Shown: positions 27,634 to 42,156, counted from the whole stretch's first letter. The stretch is DNA of 63,769 nt, filler included, from Collodictyon triciliatum (GCA_043381765.1; 17 parts of 17 records of this genome joined end to end with filler, not necessarily neighbours in it); one strand, 5' to 3'. The notes: generated by a model from the letters alone, not told the origin. Translations and numbers: made by a program.

Positions 27634-29259
27634 ATAACAGCAAAAGAGCATACTTCAAGGAGTTCAAGAAAGTGGTTGAAATGTCTGATGTCATTCTCGA
27701 GGTTCTTGATGCACGTGACCCAATGGGTTGCCGTTCCAAGGATATCGAGCAGCTTATTCTTCAGAAAGACCCCAATAAGCGAATAATTCTAGTCTTAAAC
27801 AAGATTGGTACGTGACCACCGTCTTTCCTGTGATAGCTCTTTTTTTTTTAAGGTGGCATACGGACTGAATAATAAAAAGAAATTGATATCATGAAATTTT
27901 TGGATATCCTTGCGATGAAACAGCGTGGTAATTAAATTAACATGAAATAGACCTGGTTCCCCGAGAAATCGTAGAGAAATGGCTGAAATATCTTCGAAAT
28001 GAATTTCCCACCATCGCTTTCAAGAGTTCGACACAGTCCCAGAGAAACCACCTAGGTCATTCTAAAGTAATAATGACCTTATAAAGCTTTTCCTCACCTT
28101 ACTGTGTCCAACTGCACGTTTAGAGACGGAATATATATATATATGATATTCACAGCACCTTAATTACTCTTATACCCATTACAATATTTCGAATAGCTAA
28201 TACACTTTAATAAATAGGCCAACATATCTACAGCCTCTTCCCATTTGATTCAAGGAAGCGAATGCCTGGGCGCAGACAACCTTCTTAATCTTTTGAAGAA
28301 TTACACAAGGCAGGAATCATTTGATGAAAGTAAAAAAGAAAAGAAAAGAAAAAGAAGACAGACAATCCCGTACACATATCTCATGCCCATCTCCTTATTG
28401 CCTGTCAACAAACTATAGGAATCGCAATATTAAAACTGCCATTCGGGTTGGGATTATTGGGTATCCAAATGTCGGGAAATCTTCGCTTATTAACAGCTTG
28501 AAGAGAGCTCGAGTTGTGGGTGTTGGCTCGACTCCAGGCTTTACCCGTGTTGCCCAGGTTTGTGATATGCCCACTTAATTGAGATATAATCACTTCTTGT
28601 TCAAATAAACCAACCTGAATTCACAAGTTTGGGATACAGACTGCCTGAACTGTTCGTTTTCTTTTTCTTTTTTGTCAATTAATTATATCCTTTCGCCCAC
28701 ACGAGACTATTTTTTTTCTATAGGAAATCAGCTTGGACAAGAATATCAAGTTGATTGATTCTCCAGGTATTGTGTTTGGGTCGAGCGATGGTCAAGTTGA
28801 TAATGATATTGTACTTCGAAACTGTGTCAAGATTGAACAATTGGAGGATGTCACTGGACCGGGTATGTTTCAATTTTTTTAATGAAAAATTCATAAGTAT
28901 TGTATGCATACATCTTCCTCTGGGGATTTTCGACCACAAGATGATTACAAAATAAATAAATAATTGGATTACATGCCATTCATACAGTTCAAAATATCCT
29001 GAAAAAGTGCACCAAGGAGCAGTTAATGATAGTTTATCAGATTCCCAATTTTTCTGACCTGAGCTCATTCTTGCTTCATATCGCTTCAAAACGAGGCAAG
29101 ATTAGAAAGGTGAGGAACTAGCATGCATTATCGACCGAAAATTTAAATCCAATCAAGAAATAAACAAATCATGTTTTAGATAAATTGGTCGTCCTGTATG
29201 ATTTTTAATTTTTTTAAAAGGATAACTCAATATCACCATTTTGTTGCATTGTGTAATTG

Positions 29260-29349
<90 letters not shown>

Positions 29350-30568
29350 TTTTGATAAGGGTGGGCTAGTTGACCTTCAGGGAGCAGCTCGAGCTGTACT
29401 GCGAGACTGGATGAACGGCAAAATTCCATTCTACACAGTCCCACCAGAACTTCCCCAGGGGGTTCACGTTGGTGCCTCCATTGTTAGCGAATGGGGTAAG
29501 TGTTTTTTTTTTTTTTTTGGCTATGTTTACGTACACCTTTGCCAATCCCATGGCAGCATTTTCAAAGTGGATGGAGCTTATTTCTGTATTTTTCTCTTTA
29601 TGTATTATGAAATTAAATGCTGGACTCACCCGTTTAGGCCGTGAATTCAGTATTGACGACGTGATGGGTACTGAAACAGCGAACGTACTTTCCAGTGTGA
29701 AGACCGGGGTTGACCCATCCCTCTATTCAGCCTGGGTATGATAGTTGATGCTTCTTATATGAACACCATTTTTATTGCCTTTTTTTGTATGAAAAGAAAC
29801 GAAGGTCACCATTTGTACATTTTTTTTACATCGTAATTACACCTTTCATTTCCCCTTGAAATCTGAAATAGCCTGCTAGTCAAATGGGCTCGTTCGACCC
29901 AAGCTTCATCGCATCGGTGACCTCCGGTGCTGATGATGACAATGATGACGAGGAAGAGGACGATGAAGAATATGAAGATGAAGATGAAGACGAAGAGTTC
30001 GAGGATAAAGAGCAGATTCCACAAATCACAGCGCCATCTGCTTCTCGAAAGGTATCCACTAGCCACAAGATGGATTTATTTTGATTTGTTTTTGCCTATG
30101 TTTTTGTTCTCTAGCTTACTTGGGGTCATGGCTGTGTGATATATACGTCCCTCGTTCTTAATATCTCTGAATCAATGCAAGGCACCTACTACTGGAAAAG
30201 CTCAGAAGTATCTCGAACCTGAGGAGATATTGGACGCAAACATGACTAAAAACAAGGTACTTTCCCCTGATAAAAAAAGGAACCCCTCCATGTTCCGATA
30301 TATAAAAGCATTCCCGTCTCTGAATAAACGATGCACCGCTCCAAATCTTCGCGCTCACACATAGTCTGTTGCATGTAACTAAAGACTTATTTTTGATTAC
30401 TCAAAACTACAGAATCAAAAGAAGGACACGAAGAAGTCAAAGAAGGAGGAGAGAAGGTCGAGACGCTCAACGGGTGGCGCTGCACCATTCAACTTCAAGA
30501 CCGACTTTGTCACCTCAAACGAGATGCAACACGGTCGCCCGTCCGATGATGATTTGTTAGACGATTAA
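27634..30568 (+). CDS. GNL3: Nucleostemin/GNL3 (Nug1)-family circularly permuted nucleolar GTPase, 5' partial, 11 exons
   Basis: Motifs [85 protein letters not shown] and an acidic tail; TAA stop at 30566. Confidence 0.93.
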
Positions 30569-31768
30569 CAAAGCATCATTAATCCTCCGGGTTCATAATC
30601 CTCACTTCATAAATCTTTATCGCCTTTCTTTCCGCCAACTTTTTTTAAGAAAAAAAATAATGCGTTAAAAAAAACCTTCCCGAATAAAGGAAAGCCACTT
30701 GCCGAACGAGTAAGCAATATACATGTGAATGCATCCACGCATTCTGCTTTCCATCTGATTGAAAAGCATTTAATCACTTGCATTTACCGCCATGATTCAC
30801 CAAGATATCATATCTTACTATTTTTTTTTTCAACTTTTTCTTTGCCCAAACAATGATGAATCAAACGAAAAAGCAAAAAGCAAAAAGCTGAAAACAAACC
30901 AATAGCCATTCCCCCACAAAGCCGCCCAACCACGGAATCATAAGCGGTGTCTGTCTCTGTAAATATTCTGTGGCGGCGCACATAGGCGTCGACTTTCATT
31001 GAAAGATTCAGCCCCATCATTTTTTTTTTGTGCATTTGCCCATTTCCGCCTTCGCATTTTCATTGAGATGGTCGATCGGCAGCACAGAATCCCTTTTGGC
31101 CGCATAGTCTGCCTTCTGCTGTGTGGCCCGCCTGTGATGATCCCGTGATCGGTCGGCCGCCCGGAGTCGGCTTTCTTTATGTGTGTGTGTGAATGAGCCC
31201 TGCCTTTCTATGTCTCTCCGTATAGTGGGTTTCACCTTTTACTTGTGATCTTAATGAAGTCTCTTTTCTTTTTTTTTTNNNNNNNNNNNNNNNNNNNNNN
31301 NNNNNNNNNNNNNNNNNNNNNNTTAATTAATTAANNNNNNNNNNNNNNNNNNNNNNNNNNNNNNNNNNNNNNNNNNNNCGAAGTCTGTGGCTTTCAACTT
31401 TTGATGAAATCAGAATTGGAACAGCTGTTTTGTTCGTTGTCGTTTCATAATCGTTTCATTTTTTTTTATTTTTAATAAAAATATCAATTAAAAAATCATA
31501 TGATTGGAGATAGATATGCGTTAGTCAGTTTTCACGTGCGATACTCTTTTGTTATTTTACTTTACTGGGATTATAGCAAGAACAGGTCGCGTTAAAATTT
31601 GTTTTATTAATTTCTTCAAGTTCTTGATATCTCTCGATGATTTCATCTGGATGTATGCCCATCCGCCTGTTAGTTTATTCTTCTCTTCTGTAGCTTCATT
31701 TTTTTTTTTTTATCCTTCTCTCTCACTCTCACCTTGTCTTTGTTATCTCACTCTCCTGCTTGCTCTCC

Positions 31769-34349
31769 TTATTGGGTCAGAGTCTTTTGTAGATGCAGAC
31801 GCAAATGGAGTCGGACTTCAAAGATGTAGTTCGTATACTTGTCTCTGGCTTTTCTAAGCTTTTTGTCACTCTCCACGGCGTCTCCTTGGAACAACAGCAT
31901 GCTTCCATACTCATACAGCGCATGCGGTACAATCCAGGTCTCGTCTTTTATCATCTCGTCCATACTTTCCACAAGGTCGAAGCACAATCTTGCTTCAGCA
32001 ACCCGCCCAAGACTCTTGAGTGCGGTTCCTTTAAGCAACAAACAAAGAGCCTCTTCATTTGGATTTGCAACTCGCCCATCCTTCTTGATCACCTCGAGTT
32101 CTCGTTCTGCAACAAAGAGGGCTTGTTGAATCTTATCTGGTGTCATCTGGCTGAATCCGTTCCATAGGTAGATGATCTCCAAGTGAGGAAGGAACAGGTT
32201 TGCTCTTCCGTTGTGGAGATAGAGCTGAACTTTCTTAAGAACAAACTATTCACGAAATGAAATAAATATATAAAGGCGCGGGGGATGAGTTTATGGTGGT
32301 GAGTATTTCTGTAATATTATGTTGCTGGTAATAATCTGATTAAATAAAAAAAAGGGGAAAATTATGCCGATACTAAGCTGGTATTTTCTTCTAAATATCT
32401 AGCCTTCATACATAAATGGCTTTTTGAAAATTTATGATGATATTGATTTCTACTTAATCCTATATATTGACATCATATTTTTTTTTAAATTAATACCTGT
32501 TCGACAGAAATAGTGCGCCCTCCAAATGTTCTTGTGATTAGCGAAGGAATCGTCGAGAACAGATAGTTTGCCTTGTCTACTTGCTTCTCCTCTAGGAGAC
32601 AAAGAACAATCACATAAGTGTAAAATGCTTTGGACCACTCATTGTCATTCATAAGAATCTCAAAATAAGGCTTCGCTTTTCCCCAATGGAAGTTCATAAT
32701 ATGGCTCCATCCAACGTCATAGAAGCACAAGTGCTGCAGCTGCTTAAATTGGTCCTGGGCTGCGATGGCTTGTTCAAAAATTTTAATGGATTGGTTGATA
32801 TCCTTTTTGAGTCGCGCAAGTCTCCCGGCCATCATTAAATGAAGCGCAGAGTTTGGATATTTAGTAAGTTCTGCGCGTAGGATTCGTTCTGCTTCTCGGA
32901 CATGAAATTGAGTGTCTGGGGGCGAAAAGAAAGATGGAAATATGACGTGATAGAACAAAAGAGAAAGTCCGGCCAGTGAAGATCGAGCACCGTTGCCTGC
33001 GAGTGACTTGTTTAGGTCACTAAGGCCTGCAGCGCGGTCAGCTGGAAATCCGAGCGCTGAAACAATCTTAAGAATCTATCGCACGTGTAATTTAAGAAAA
33101 ATTACATGTTTTGAATCGATATTCTTTCAAAGAGTCCAATAAGATATTTATCTCTGTAGTATGTTCATTTTTTTTTTTACCTTTGCCGGAAGCATGGATA
33201 TGACCATATTGAAATTTCCAAAGCTGAAGCGGTTAGGAAAATAGAAAACATTAGCAGGACATATGCAATTATGTAGCATAAATATATTTCTGTTAATACA
33301 AATTATTTCTCTATTCGATATTATATAATATATTTCATTTTTGATTGTCAAAATGAAATGAAAAATTAAACCCGAATTGAACACCACCCCAGGTATCGAC
33401 AGAAATTTCAAACTCTTTCTTTTTTGTGTTTTCAGCAATCGCCTTGTATGTTTTTTTTTTTTTTTAAAAAAAAAGGAATAGAGTGATGGTAATACTCTCC
33501 ACAATTATTATGCTTGTATTTTGTAAAAGTTTTGTTGAGATATAATTGTAAAGATATCCACACCTTCTGGCACTCTTCATAGTACTTCCAACCTTTGCGA
33601 AGCCCAAGACCAGCTTTCACATAGCTCATGATACTCTCTTGCAGGAACAGCAGCAAAGAGCGAAGTAGATATGTTTCTGCCAAGATAAGTGTGCAATCAA
33701 GGTCCGTAGACGTCATAGGAGGCTTTCCAGAGCCGAAAAAGCGACCGATATACGAGGATTTTGGCTTTTGAATTAGCGTATTCGCAATCTGCTGGGCAAA
33801 TTTCATCTTTGTGGAAGCTTCATGGAAATCAGCCTCAGCGAAGGTCATCATCGCTTTCTGTTCAATGTCACGTATAAAGACAAACTAATTTAGAATGGTA
33901 AAAAAGAGAAAGAAATCATAATAATAATGATAATAATAATAATGATAATGATAATAATAATAATGTGGGAGCCTGAGTACCAAAAAAGCCATTGTCCCCG
34001 AAGCCAGAGCATGGAGTGGATCTGACCGCATGTATACAGCAAACGTGTCCTCGGCCTTCTTGAACTGATTGGTCATAAAGAGCTGAATCCCATACATCAC
34101 GTTGTCGTGCAGCATCTGCGGGGTCACGTTTTCGGGCAGCGGCATGTATGTCATATCAGCGCGGTCCACAATCGGCGCATCAAAGTCGTCGTCTTCTTCT
34201 CCTTCCACACGACCTGCGCTGGAAAACGAGCCCGAAGCCGGCCGCCCTTGTGGAGCTGCATATGGCGCTTGCGCATGTGTTTGTGTAATGCCCGGTCCGA
34301 TATCCTCCTGCGCGTCCTCGTAGTTTTCGTCCGAGTCCGAGTCTGCCAT
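31769..34349 (-). CDS. TTC39: TTC39/Iml2 family TPR protein (6 exons)
   Basis: Motifs GIQLFMTNQFKKAE, AETYLLRSLL..QESIMSYVKAGLGLRKGW, GVQFGFGNFNMVISMLP..KIVSALGFPADR..GL, NEWSKAFYTY, LEIIYLWNGF and YTNYIFEVRLHLRLH. Confidence 0.92.
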
Positions 34350-35135
34350 GAGCTCAAAGGATAATCCTGGGCACAAACAAGCCGTAAAACCTTGATCAGT
34401 CTCTGCAGAAGACGATTGAAGAGGGAAAAGAAAAGAAAAATAGGGATGGAGGACTCTTGGACTAGGGGAAAAAGGAGTGTGTCCTGGCCATTTTTTCGCC
34501 TTGTTCCTTTATTCCTTTTTGCTCAGACTTTTATTCTGGTTTATGTGTGCGCGGAAGAAGGAACCGTGTGAGGAAAATAATCGCAAAGCCGTCGAGCCGA
34601 ACGCAAACATTAGTAGAATGGATCAAAAGAAAACAGAAAATACCTGAGAACAATTTATTGAGAATACAGAAAATTGACCTACTTTGACATTTTTCAGTAG
34701 TTTTATATGTATGTGGCAATTAATTTATATAAACTTTTTATCCAAAAAAGGATATTTGAAGCTTAAATGGATATTTCGATCCAGCAAAAATAAAGAAATT
34801 TAAAAAAACTCTTAAAAAATCACTTAAAAATACAAAAAAAAACGAAAAAAAGTTTAAGAATATTTTGAAAAAAAAGATTAAAATAAAACCAAAAGAATGA
34901 AAGCAATAGAGAACCAGCGAAACTGCAAGCTGTACTGCGCAAGATATTACAAATCACGGGGGACATATATATTTTTTTTTTACTATGCTTCGGATTCAAT
35001 AAACTTTAACGAAGTTGGGCCGAGTGGAGGCGAAGTATGCCGACATCCCAAGAGAACTTCTTGAAGTATTTGAGGGGCTAAGGAAACATTTCCACACAGC
35101 TAGACATAAGCGGGGCGTCTTGAGTGTGACTGCTG

Positions 35136-35196
<61 letters not shown>

Positions 35197-35296
35197 NNNN
35201 NNNNNNNNNNNNNNNNNNNNNNNNNNNNNNNNNNNNNNNNTTAATTAATTAANNNNNNNNNNNNNNNNNNNNNNNNNNNNNNNNNNNNNNNNNNNN

Positions 35297-35885
35297 GTCA
35301 GTGTCTGGATGCCATTCAGATGGGTTTTCATGGTTTGGTGACCAGCCATAACGTGAGCCGAGCGTGCATAGAAAGTATGGGCATTCCTCGATAGATTCAA
35401 GGCAGCTGATGACGTCCTATTAATCGTGATAATTTAAAATTGATAAAAAATAAATGAAAAATAGAAATATCAGAAAGAACTTGAATAATTCCCACCAATC
35501 CATTTTCAGATGTTTCACTGGTCAGCTCCCAGTGTAAATCAATGAAAACAAGGATGACACCCTTCTTCTTGGCAAAGTCTTTGAGTCTGTAACAATTTTT
35601 TGATTTATAAATAAACCGAAGATACAAACATGTAACCATGAATTTTTTTAATTGACCAAAACGATGTTACTTTTTTTCGGCATTTGAAAAGAACTCGTCT
35701 CTTTCTTTTTGCATGTCTCGAAACGAGGAGGACATGAAGATTCTCAAGACTCTGGTGTCATAGACAGTTGTCCATCTGCCTTCGCCATCAGAATAAACTG
35801 CGCCTGGAATTAAGCCTCTGCAGATTTTCTCTTCGGCTGGTGCGGCTTCTCGGGTTGAATCCATCATTTGCTGGTTGGTGGACAT
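35297..35885 (-). CDS. N-terminus of a DUF4062 protein (TEP1/NPHP3/TTC41-like NTPase architecture expected), 3' partial
   Basis: LRIFMSSSFRDMQKERDEF…VFIDLHW…CLESIEECPYFLCTLGSRYGW matches the DUF4062 pattern RxFxSSTFxDMxxER…DLRWG…CLxEI..PYF…G.RYGW. Confidence 0.85.
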
Positions 35886-36539
35886 TGGGTTGTCTGCTTG
35901 GTGATGGCTTGGATATCTTCCTATTGATAGAATCCGAATAATTCATCTGATTAAGAAGACCTCATTATATACTATTTTCATAAGCTATTCTCTCTGTTTG
36001 ACCGCCTCGGTTGATTCAATACGATTAATCGACTCGTCATATTTCCTATCACTTTTGATTTTCATGATTACTACACCATATAGAATTATTGTTGATACAA
36101 ATCTCTCGGATAAAAATATTTTTGTATAATGGTGAGGGCTAAAACTCCACCCTTGATTACAATCTTGTTATTCAACTATAAAATGATGAATCTTTAACTA
36201 AGCCCGTATTTGAAAGTAAAAATAAAGGTAAAATAATGTGTGAATCATGAAAAATGAGGCCTTTCGATACAATTAGTTACTTTTATATTATGCATGGTTT
36301 TTTTTAAAAAATTATGAATCTGTGAGAACAAAGAAACCATAAGTCTTGATTATTTCGACCCATTAGCCAAATTATGCTTGAATATTCTCGATGAAAATCA
36401 TTCTCATTTTGTTAAGCGTCAGTGTATTTCAAAAAAGTTGCAATAATCATTTAAAATAGTAAATATTGATGTTAATTTATTTTTTAAGTGGGAGTTCTCA
36501 AGTCTATTTTGTTTTTAGGGAAAGATATTATAACAGAAA

Positions 36540-38660
36540 ATTTCTTCTCGACACACCAGCCTTGATGAGGAAAGCTTTCTGTAATATTGCATTACTTTTC
36601 TTATGCCGATGTTGGTGAAGCTGAAGTTATAGTATGGCAAAATGTACATTTACCTTATCATTGTCTCTGATAATTTTATAAAAGAGAAGTAAAGCTGTCA
36701 TGATGACTAAAAGAAAAATAATATGCAAACATACACTTAAAAATTGCATGATTAAATTGTGAAATTCTGAAAAATTCATGGGGCGTGTTATACGTCGACA
36801 GGACTCTGTCAGATGCAAAAAAAAAAGCATTTTGAGCGGGATTGCCGATGCTGAAATATGAGCCATAGGTATTTATGTATAGTAAAATATATACAAAATT
36901 AGCGAATATCTGTCTATGATATTATCCTTTTCCCCTCTTTTTTCGAGTCTGCGATATTAGCGTTGCATTTTGAAGACACATATCCAAAAAAAATACACAA
37001 CAATAAATTTTTTGAGGAAGATGGGATGAACAGTATTGGATATATGCAAATATACGATTACTGTAAAAAAAAAAAGGAAAAAATCATTTTCATTATATTA
37101 CAGGAAATGAGCACATACCAAAGAATTATGCAAAAGAAGAGAATGCAGCCCACCATATGGAAAGACTCAAAAGATTTGTATATGGTCTCGAATTGTTGGG
37201 ATGGAATAGCTCCAATGTGTTGCTTGCAGTCCCAATAAACAGTGCAAGAAGTGATGGGCTGATGCATCCCTTTTCTTTATCATTAAGATAATTAAATGAA
37301 AAAATACTTACGTACTCCCTCACATATCTCATCAACCATTCGTTGTTAAACTTTCACTTCGCATCATCAGGAAAGCTAAGAGCCTCCAATTTACGAACCC
37401 TCCCTAACTTCCGAGTAGTAGATAGAAGCTGTTCCCATTCCCACGAATTTTGTGTAATTATCCCTCCATTTTCGATACTAACTGAATTATGAACAAATAT
37501 TTCTTATTACTACAAAAATATATGAAATTAATTACTGTGAAAATATGTGACCTGATGCTATTTGAACATTTGATTACAACTGAATATTGTTTGCACGGGC
37601 ACCAACAGCAAAGGCTATCGTATGTAATAGAAATAATTGCACTTTTCTCGCCCCTTGTATGGCCTAACCTTGTTACACTTTGAATCGAATAAAGGGGAAA
37701 AAAACTTATTTAAAAATAAATGGTTCATTTATTATGAATCAACGAAATTTTAATATTGTAAATACATGTTAAAATGCATAGATCACTATCATTCGATTAC
37801 ATTTATATTTATATATATTAAAGAATTCAGAATATAAATTGTTATAGGGATTAAAAAAAACTAGAAGCCAAGCGTACCTTTCATGATGTATTATTGTGCC
37901 TAATAAATACCAAGATAAATTCCAATTTTTCACTGTATGATATATGCGTTCGATTATCTGGGATAACTTGATAATTATTGGTCCAGCTGTAAATGTGAAT
38001 TCTCTTGAGATGATTGAGTTGTGGAATTTCATCATGATAATATACGACATGCTTAATCTTCGGGCTTCAAAGGAGATAATTATCTTTTAAAAATAATTCT
38101 TTCGCTGAAATAAAGTCCATATCATAAATAATATGTATCATCGACCAAAAATGAATGAGAATATTGTTACTTGTACGATGAGGCATTTTATGGAGCAAGA
38201 ACCTTCATCTGCGAGGTGTTCATATTTCAACCTGACTGCCTGGGTAAATTGTATATTAAAACACTTGTTCTCTTGTTCTTTAATTCTTCCTCAGGCATAC
38301 ATTATTTATTCCCTAAAGTATTCTGCTTAATATTCTGCAATCTTCAAAAGGAAAAAAAGAACTTGAACAAGATTTGGAATGATTCAGCAAGGAAATAACT
38401 TTTTATAAAACAAAAGCTGTACTTCTTCCAGAAAAACTATAATATAGGGTAAAGTTATCTTTTTGGACTAGTTGGATTCTTCTGAGTTGCTGGGCAAAAT
38501 CATTCGATGAACGCTTCTTTCTTCTTTGGTTATTTGTTGAGATATCCGGTGTGGTAAAGGGCTGCACATCAGTCGGAATGGGTGAAGTTCTGAGTCTGGG
38601 GTCTTTGCGTCTGCTTCTTTGTACCAATCTGTTAGGTTGTTTGATTTCGTTGTCAAGGCT
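36540..38660 (-). pseudogene. Probable decayed multi-exon gene of unknown family
   Basis: Exon-like blocks with splice signals but with internal stops or frame breaks, e.g. ALSFPDDAK*KFNNEWLMRYVREY at ~37310-37480. Confidence 0.3.
37646..37704 (+). mobile_element. Family A truncated copy (~59 nt)
   Basis: TCTCGCCCCTTGTATGGCCTAACCTTGTTACACTTTGAATCGAATAAAGGGG-An matches 36-96. Confidence 0.8.
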
Positions 38661-38954
38661 TGCCCAGTGCCGGGTGGTGGTCTTATATACTATTTTTTTT
38701 TTGTTTCTTCAGATCTCGGAATATATTGTATTTTTTCGGAAGGAGTGACAGGTTGTTTTATGCAAGAAAAAAAACATGTTAAAATCAAGATGTTCCTATG
38801 AATCTTGTTTTCGCTCCTTGTAAATCAATCCAATATTTGGAACATGAGAGTCTAATGCATCAACTAAGAGGATATTGGCAGAAAGGGCGAAACCGAGATG
38901 GTGCGAAAATAAGATGGTGCTATTGACTTAAATAACCCTTAAATCGAGATGGCA

Positions 38955-39090
38955 CTTTTTTGTTTCTTTTCAACAGTTTATTGAGAGAAAACAAAGCCGA
39001 TGAAACAGCCTTCGCCTCTAGGACAAAAATGAGCTGTGGACAAGACAGTGGAAAACCCCGGGTTGTGTGGTTGGAGTTTTTGTGTTTTGG
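38955..39090 (-). mobile_element. Family C copy (~135 nt) at contig end
   Basis: Near-identical to 6238-6371 over its whole length. Confidence 0.85.
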
Positions 39091-39213
39091 GTGGAAGAAA
39101 AAAAAAAAAGAAANNNNNNNNNNNNNNNNNNNNNNNNNNNNNNNNNNNNNNNNNNNNTTAATTAATTAANNNNNNNNNNNNNNNNNNNNNNNNNNNNNNN
39201 NNNNNNNNNNNNN

Positions 39214-40450
39214 CACAGATTGTATTACCAGTCCGGTTTCGTTGCAACGTTTCGGGGCTTCCAAATTGTGAAATAATATTGCGATGAGATTCTACTTTCA
39301 AATGTATTACATATGATAGAAATCCAGAAAACTCTGGTGATTCAAAAACTACAGGAAATGTCTTAGATTGTTAGAGGGCAATAACATAAAAATGATATGG
39401 AAGTAGAAAGGAACAAAGCATTATACCTCGCATTAATTAACTGATGTAGAGAACCAATCGATTCCTTGAGGAGATTATGATTCCTTAAGCCAGCCAATCC
39501 TCGTCGATGTTTTTTCGTATGACAAAATGATTTACAGCATTAGTAAGAGTATCCCTAGAGTCTGAAATAGCACAAACCATAGAGTGAAAGTAATGAAATT
39601 ATTTGCGTGTTCTGTTATCTTTTCGTCCTCTAGTCTCAGCAAGTTGGTACTGACCATCCATTCCGGAGCAAATATGGCAAAAAAAACTTTCTTGATACAT
39701 TCATTTATTCGGGGCTTTTACGAAATCCCTCAATATCACGTATTATTCAGACACGCATACAATCCATCAGTCTCGGTAACATATGATAAGATAAGTAAAG
39801 TGTGCTTGAAGTCGCAAGGAAATGGATTTGTTTACCCGCTCATTATGGCATCTATTTCCCATTCATCCTTTATGGTTTCGCTGAATGCTTCCACGGCTTT
39901 TTTGTTGGACACAATACACTCATCCAAACAATAGTTTTTCTTGCTTCAGGTAAATGACTTTTTTCGGAATTATATTCCGTAGATTCAATGCTGTAAATAA
40001 AAATGTCATCTTTAACTCAGAGTAAGTTGTTCTGTCTCTATGCCGTATAGTTACAACTTTAACTGATGATTTCACTTCAATGACAATATGTTCGCTAGCC
40101 CTGACTCTTGCAAGTAGTATCGAATTGATAACAAGTTTTTTCCTTGATACCAGGAGCATTAAAAAAGCATCGCTTTATTTCTTTATATGAAACATAATTT
40201 GTTTTACGTGCTTTCTTTAAATTGCGCAAGATAATAGTTTGATTTGGTTCACGAACCTTCGTTTGAATATATGCAACTTAGGGCCATGTGGCTGATGTTG
40301 TCGGTAATCAGGAATTGTAACATGCTGTTCTGTCCGTAGCTTGGTTTTGCGCTTGCATGAGCGAGGTAAAGCGTGTTTTTTATCCATTTCTCTGCCTATT
40401 TCAGCATCTCTCTTCTTACGAACTCTGAGTAACGGAGAACGCAAAATTGG
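39214..40450 (-). pseudogene. Probable decayed coding sequence
   Basis: Coding-like fragments (DECIVSNKKAVEAFSETIKDEWEIDAIMS; KPRINECIKKVFFAIFAPEW) interrupted by stops and frameshifts. Confidence 0.3.
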
Positions 40451-41740
40451 ATAAAGATGCCACTGAGGAAAGATATACGTGTGAATTTTATTTACAGACT
40501 CTATTAAATGATTCATGCATATGACCATCTAACACTTTAAGATATTGGAATATATATTTATGTGTATCAAAGGGGTGGTTTAGATTCAATCATTTTGTTG
40601 GAATTGCAAACTGTCTGTGTAATGCTTTATAGTTTCCTCGAGTAAAGAGTAGGGTAGAGAGTCAGCCACCATTTCATTTCAATTTACGCGAATTGTAATG
40701 ATTTTGCATATTTCTTAAGCTGAACATATTTTAAAAATGTTTTGGATTGTGTGATGAAATGTAATCACTTTTTTATGGAATGTAGTAAATTACCGTGCTG
40801 TATTAGATTGAATTTTTCTACTGCATTAGAATTTTTATCTACATCTGATTGCAATTTGCCTTTTAATTGTATTTTTATTTTCTATTTCAGTTTGTACAAA
40901 ATAGTTGAAGCTTTGGCTTTGGTTCACTAGCCATCATGGCATGGACGCTACTTGTTGACCAGGCGACGGACAAGTAGTCACGTATCAAGAATTGCACCTG
41001 CAGCATGGCCCGTAGTCTGGGTCTTATGGTTGCATAAATGAGAGAGGCGAGGCGAAATTTCATGACTTTCTCAACCTCTTTCCACATGTCTTTTCTCACA
41101 GGGTGTGAGTGATGAAGAATGTGCAGAAGGCGAAGAAAGCCGCTGAGGAAAGAGATGACAAGATGCCATCTAACCTTATTGTCAAGAATGGGTGGTGGAT
41201 TGTTGAATCTTGCTTCGTGCGAGTATATCGCGTTATCCACATATTCCTTAGAAAATTACCTCTTTATATTTACATGTTTTTATCTTTGGTTTGATGTAAG
41301 ATGTAGTATGATGTCTTAAAAGACTAGCTTATTTACCATTTTGTTGAAAGAAAAAATGTAGGCTATAGGAGCGCAAGAGTGAGAGGATATGTCATACCAA
41401 ATGAACCCGACTTCTAATCGTCAGTATCTGCATGGAGCGAGGGAGATACTCGTGAGGTTTGATACGGGTACTCCATACTAATGGAGACTGTTTGAACTGG
41501 ACTTATCTGCGTTGTGCTGTATACTTTTTTTTCTTTTTAAAATAAATATAATCGAATCGAGCTTGAGAAACATTCAGACATCAAAGGAACGTGAGAGAAC
41601 TCGTCCACTAAGATTATGTCTCCTTTCTGGGATTTTACATGTTAGATATTGGCGTATAGTTTTTTATACGTATTCATCTATTATATGCGATGTAATTTAT
41701 ACTAATGCAGCGGTAGTTTTGTCCTTTTCTTTATGTTTTA

Positions 41741-41985
41741 ATTTTCCAATATTTGATTCAAAGTGTACCTAGGTTATGCCATACATAGGGCGAGATAGGT
41801 GCGCATGGTAGAGAGCAAACGCGAGTAGGAGAGGAAGCTATTGTGGAGAAGCTAGCACTGGAAAGAAATCAATGATAACGAGTTGGTCAGGCGGCCATCC
41901 CAACTGGTTGTTTAGTTGCGTGGGTAGCAGGGGTTGAGCATGTTGTGGAAAGTATCTCACGACACATACCCACTTTGCTCTTGTA
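41741..41985 (-). mobile_element. Longest (diverged) copy of family A 3' region
   Basis: The reverse complement contains TCCTACTCGCGTTTGCTCTCTACCATGCGC…GTATGGCATAACCTAGGTACACTTTGAATCAAAT, matching 1-82. The 5' limit is estimated from the shift in GC content. Confidence 0.75.
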
Positions 41986-42094
41986 TGTTAATTTTTATAC
42001 TTCTGTCATCATAAAGTGTCTTTATTTAAAGATGTTGAAATTGAAATTAAAAAAACTTTCTATCATAACGATTCATGCCGATGCAACCCGTACT

Positions 42095-42156
42095 TGAGGA
42101 TGGATGTAATTTTTTTTTCCTTTATTCGATTCAAAGTGTGAGGATGGATGTAATTT
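42095..42156 (-). mobile_element. Family A micro-insertion (26 nt) with perfect 18-bp TSD
   Basis: TGAGGATGGATGTAATTT [TTTTTTCCTTTATTCGATTCAAAGTG] TGAGGATGGATGTAATTT. Confidence 0.88.

Noticed and set aside
30052-30181. Possible U12-type intron in GNL3 (GTATCCAC donor, TTCTTAAT near the 3' end)
   Set aside because: The donor departs from GTATCCTT, and donors in this genome are generally degenerate, so the evidence is insufficient.
37310-37480. In-frame TGA (DDAK*KFNNEW) as evidence for a recoded stop or selenocysteine
   Set aside because: Neighbouring blocks also show stops and frameshifts. Conserved genes have no internal stops and end in TGA (ARID), TAA (GNL3, TTC39) and TAG (IFT57, ELP6), so the code is standard and decay is more likely.
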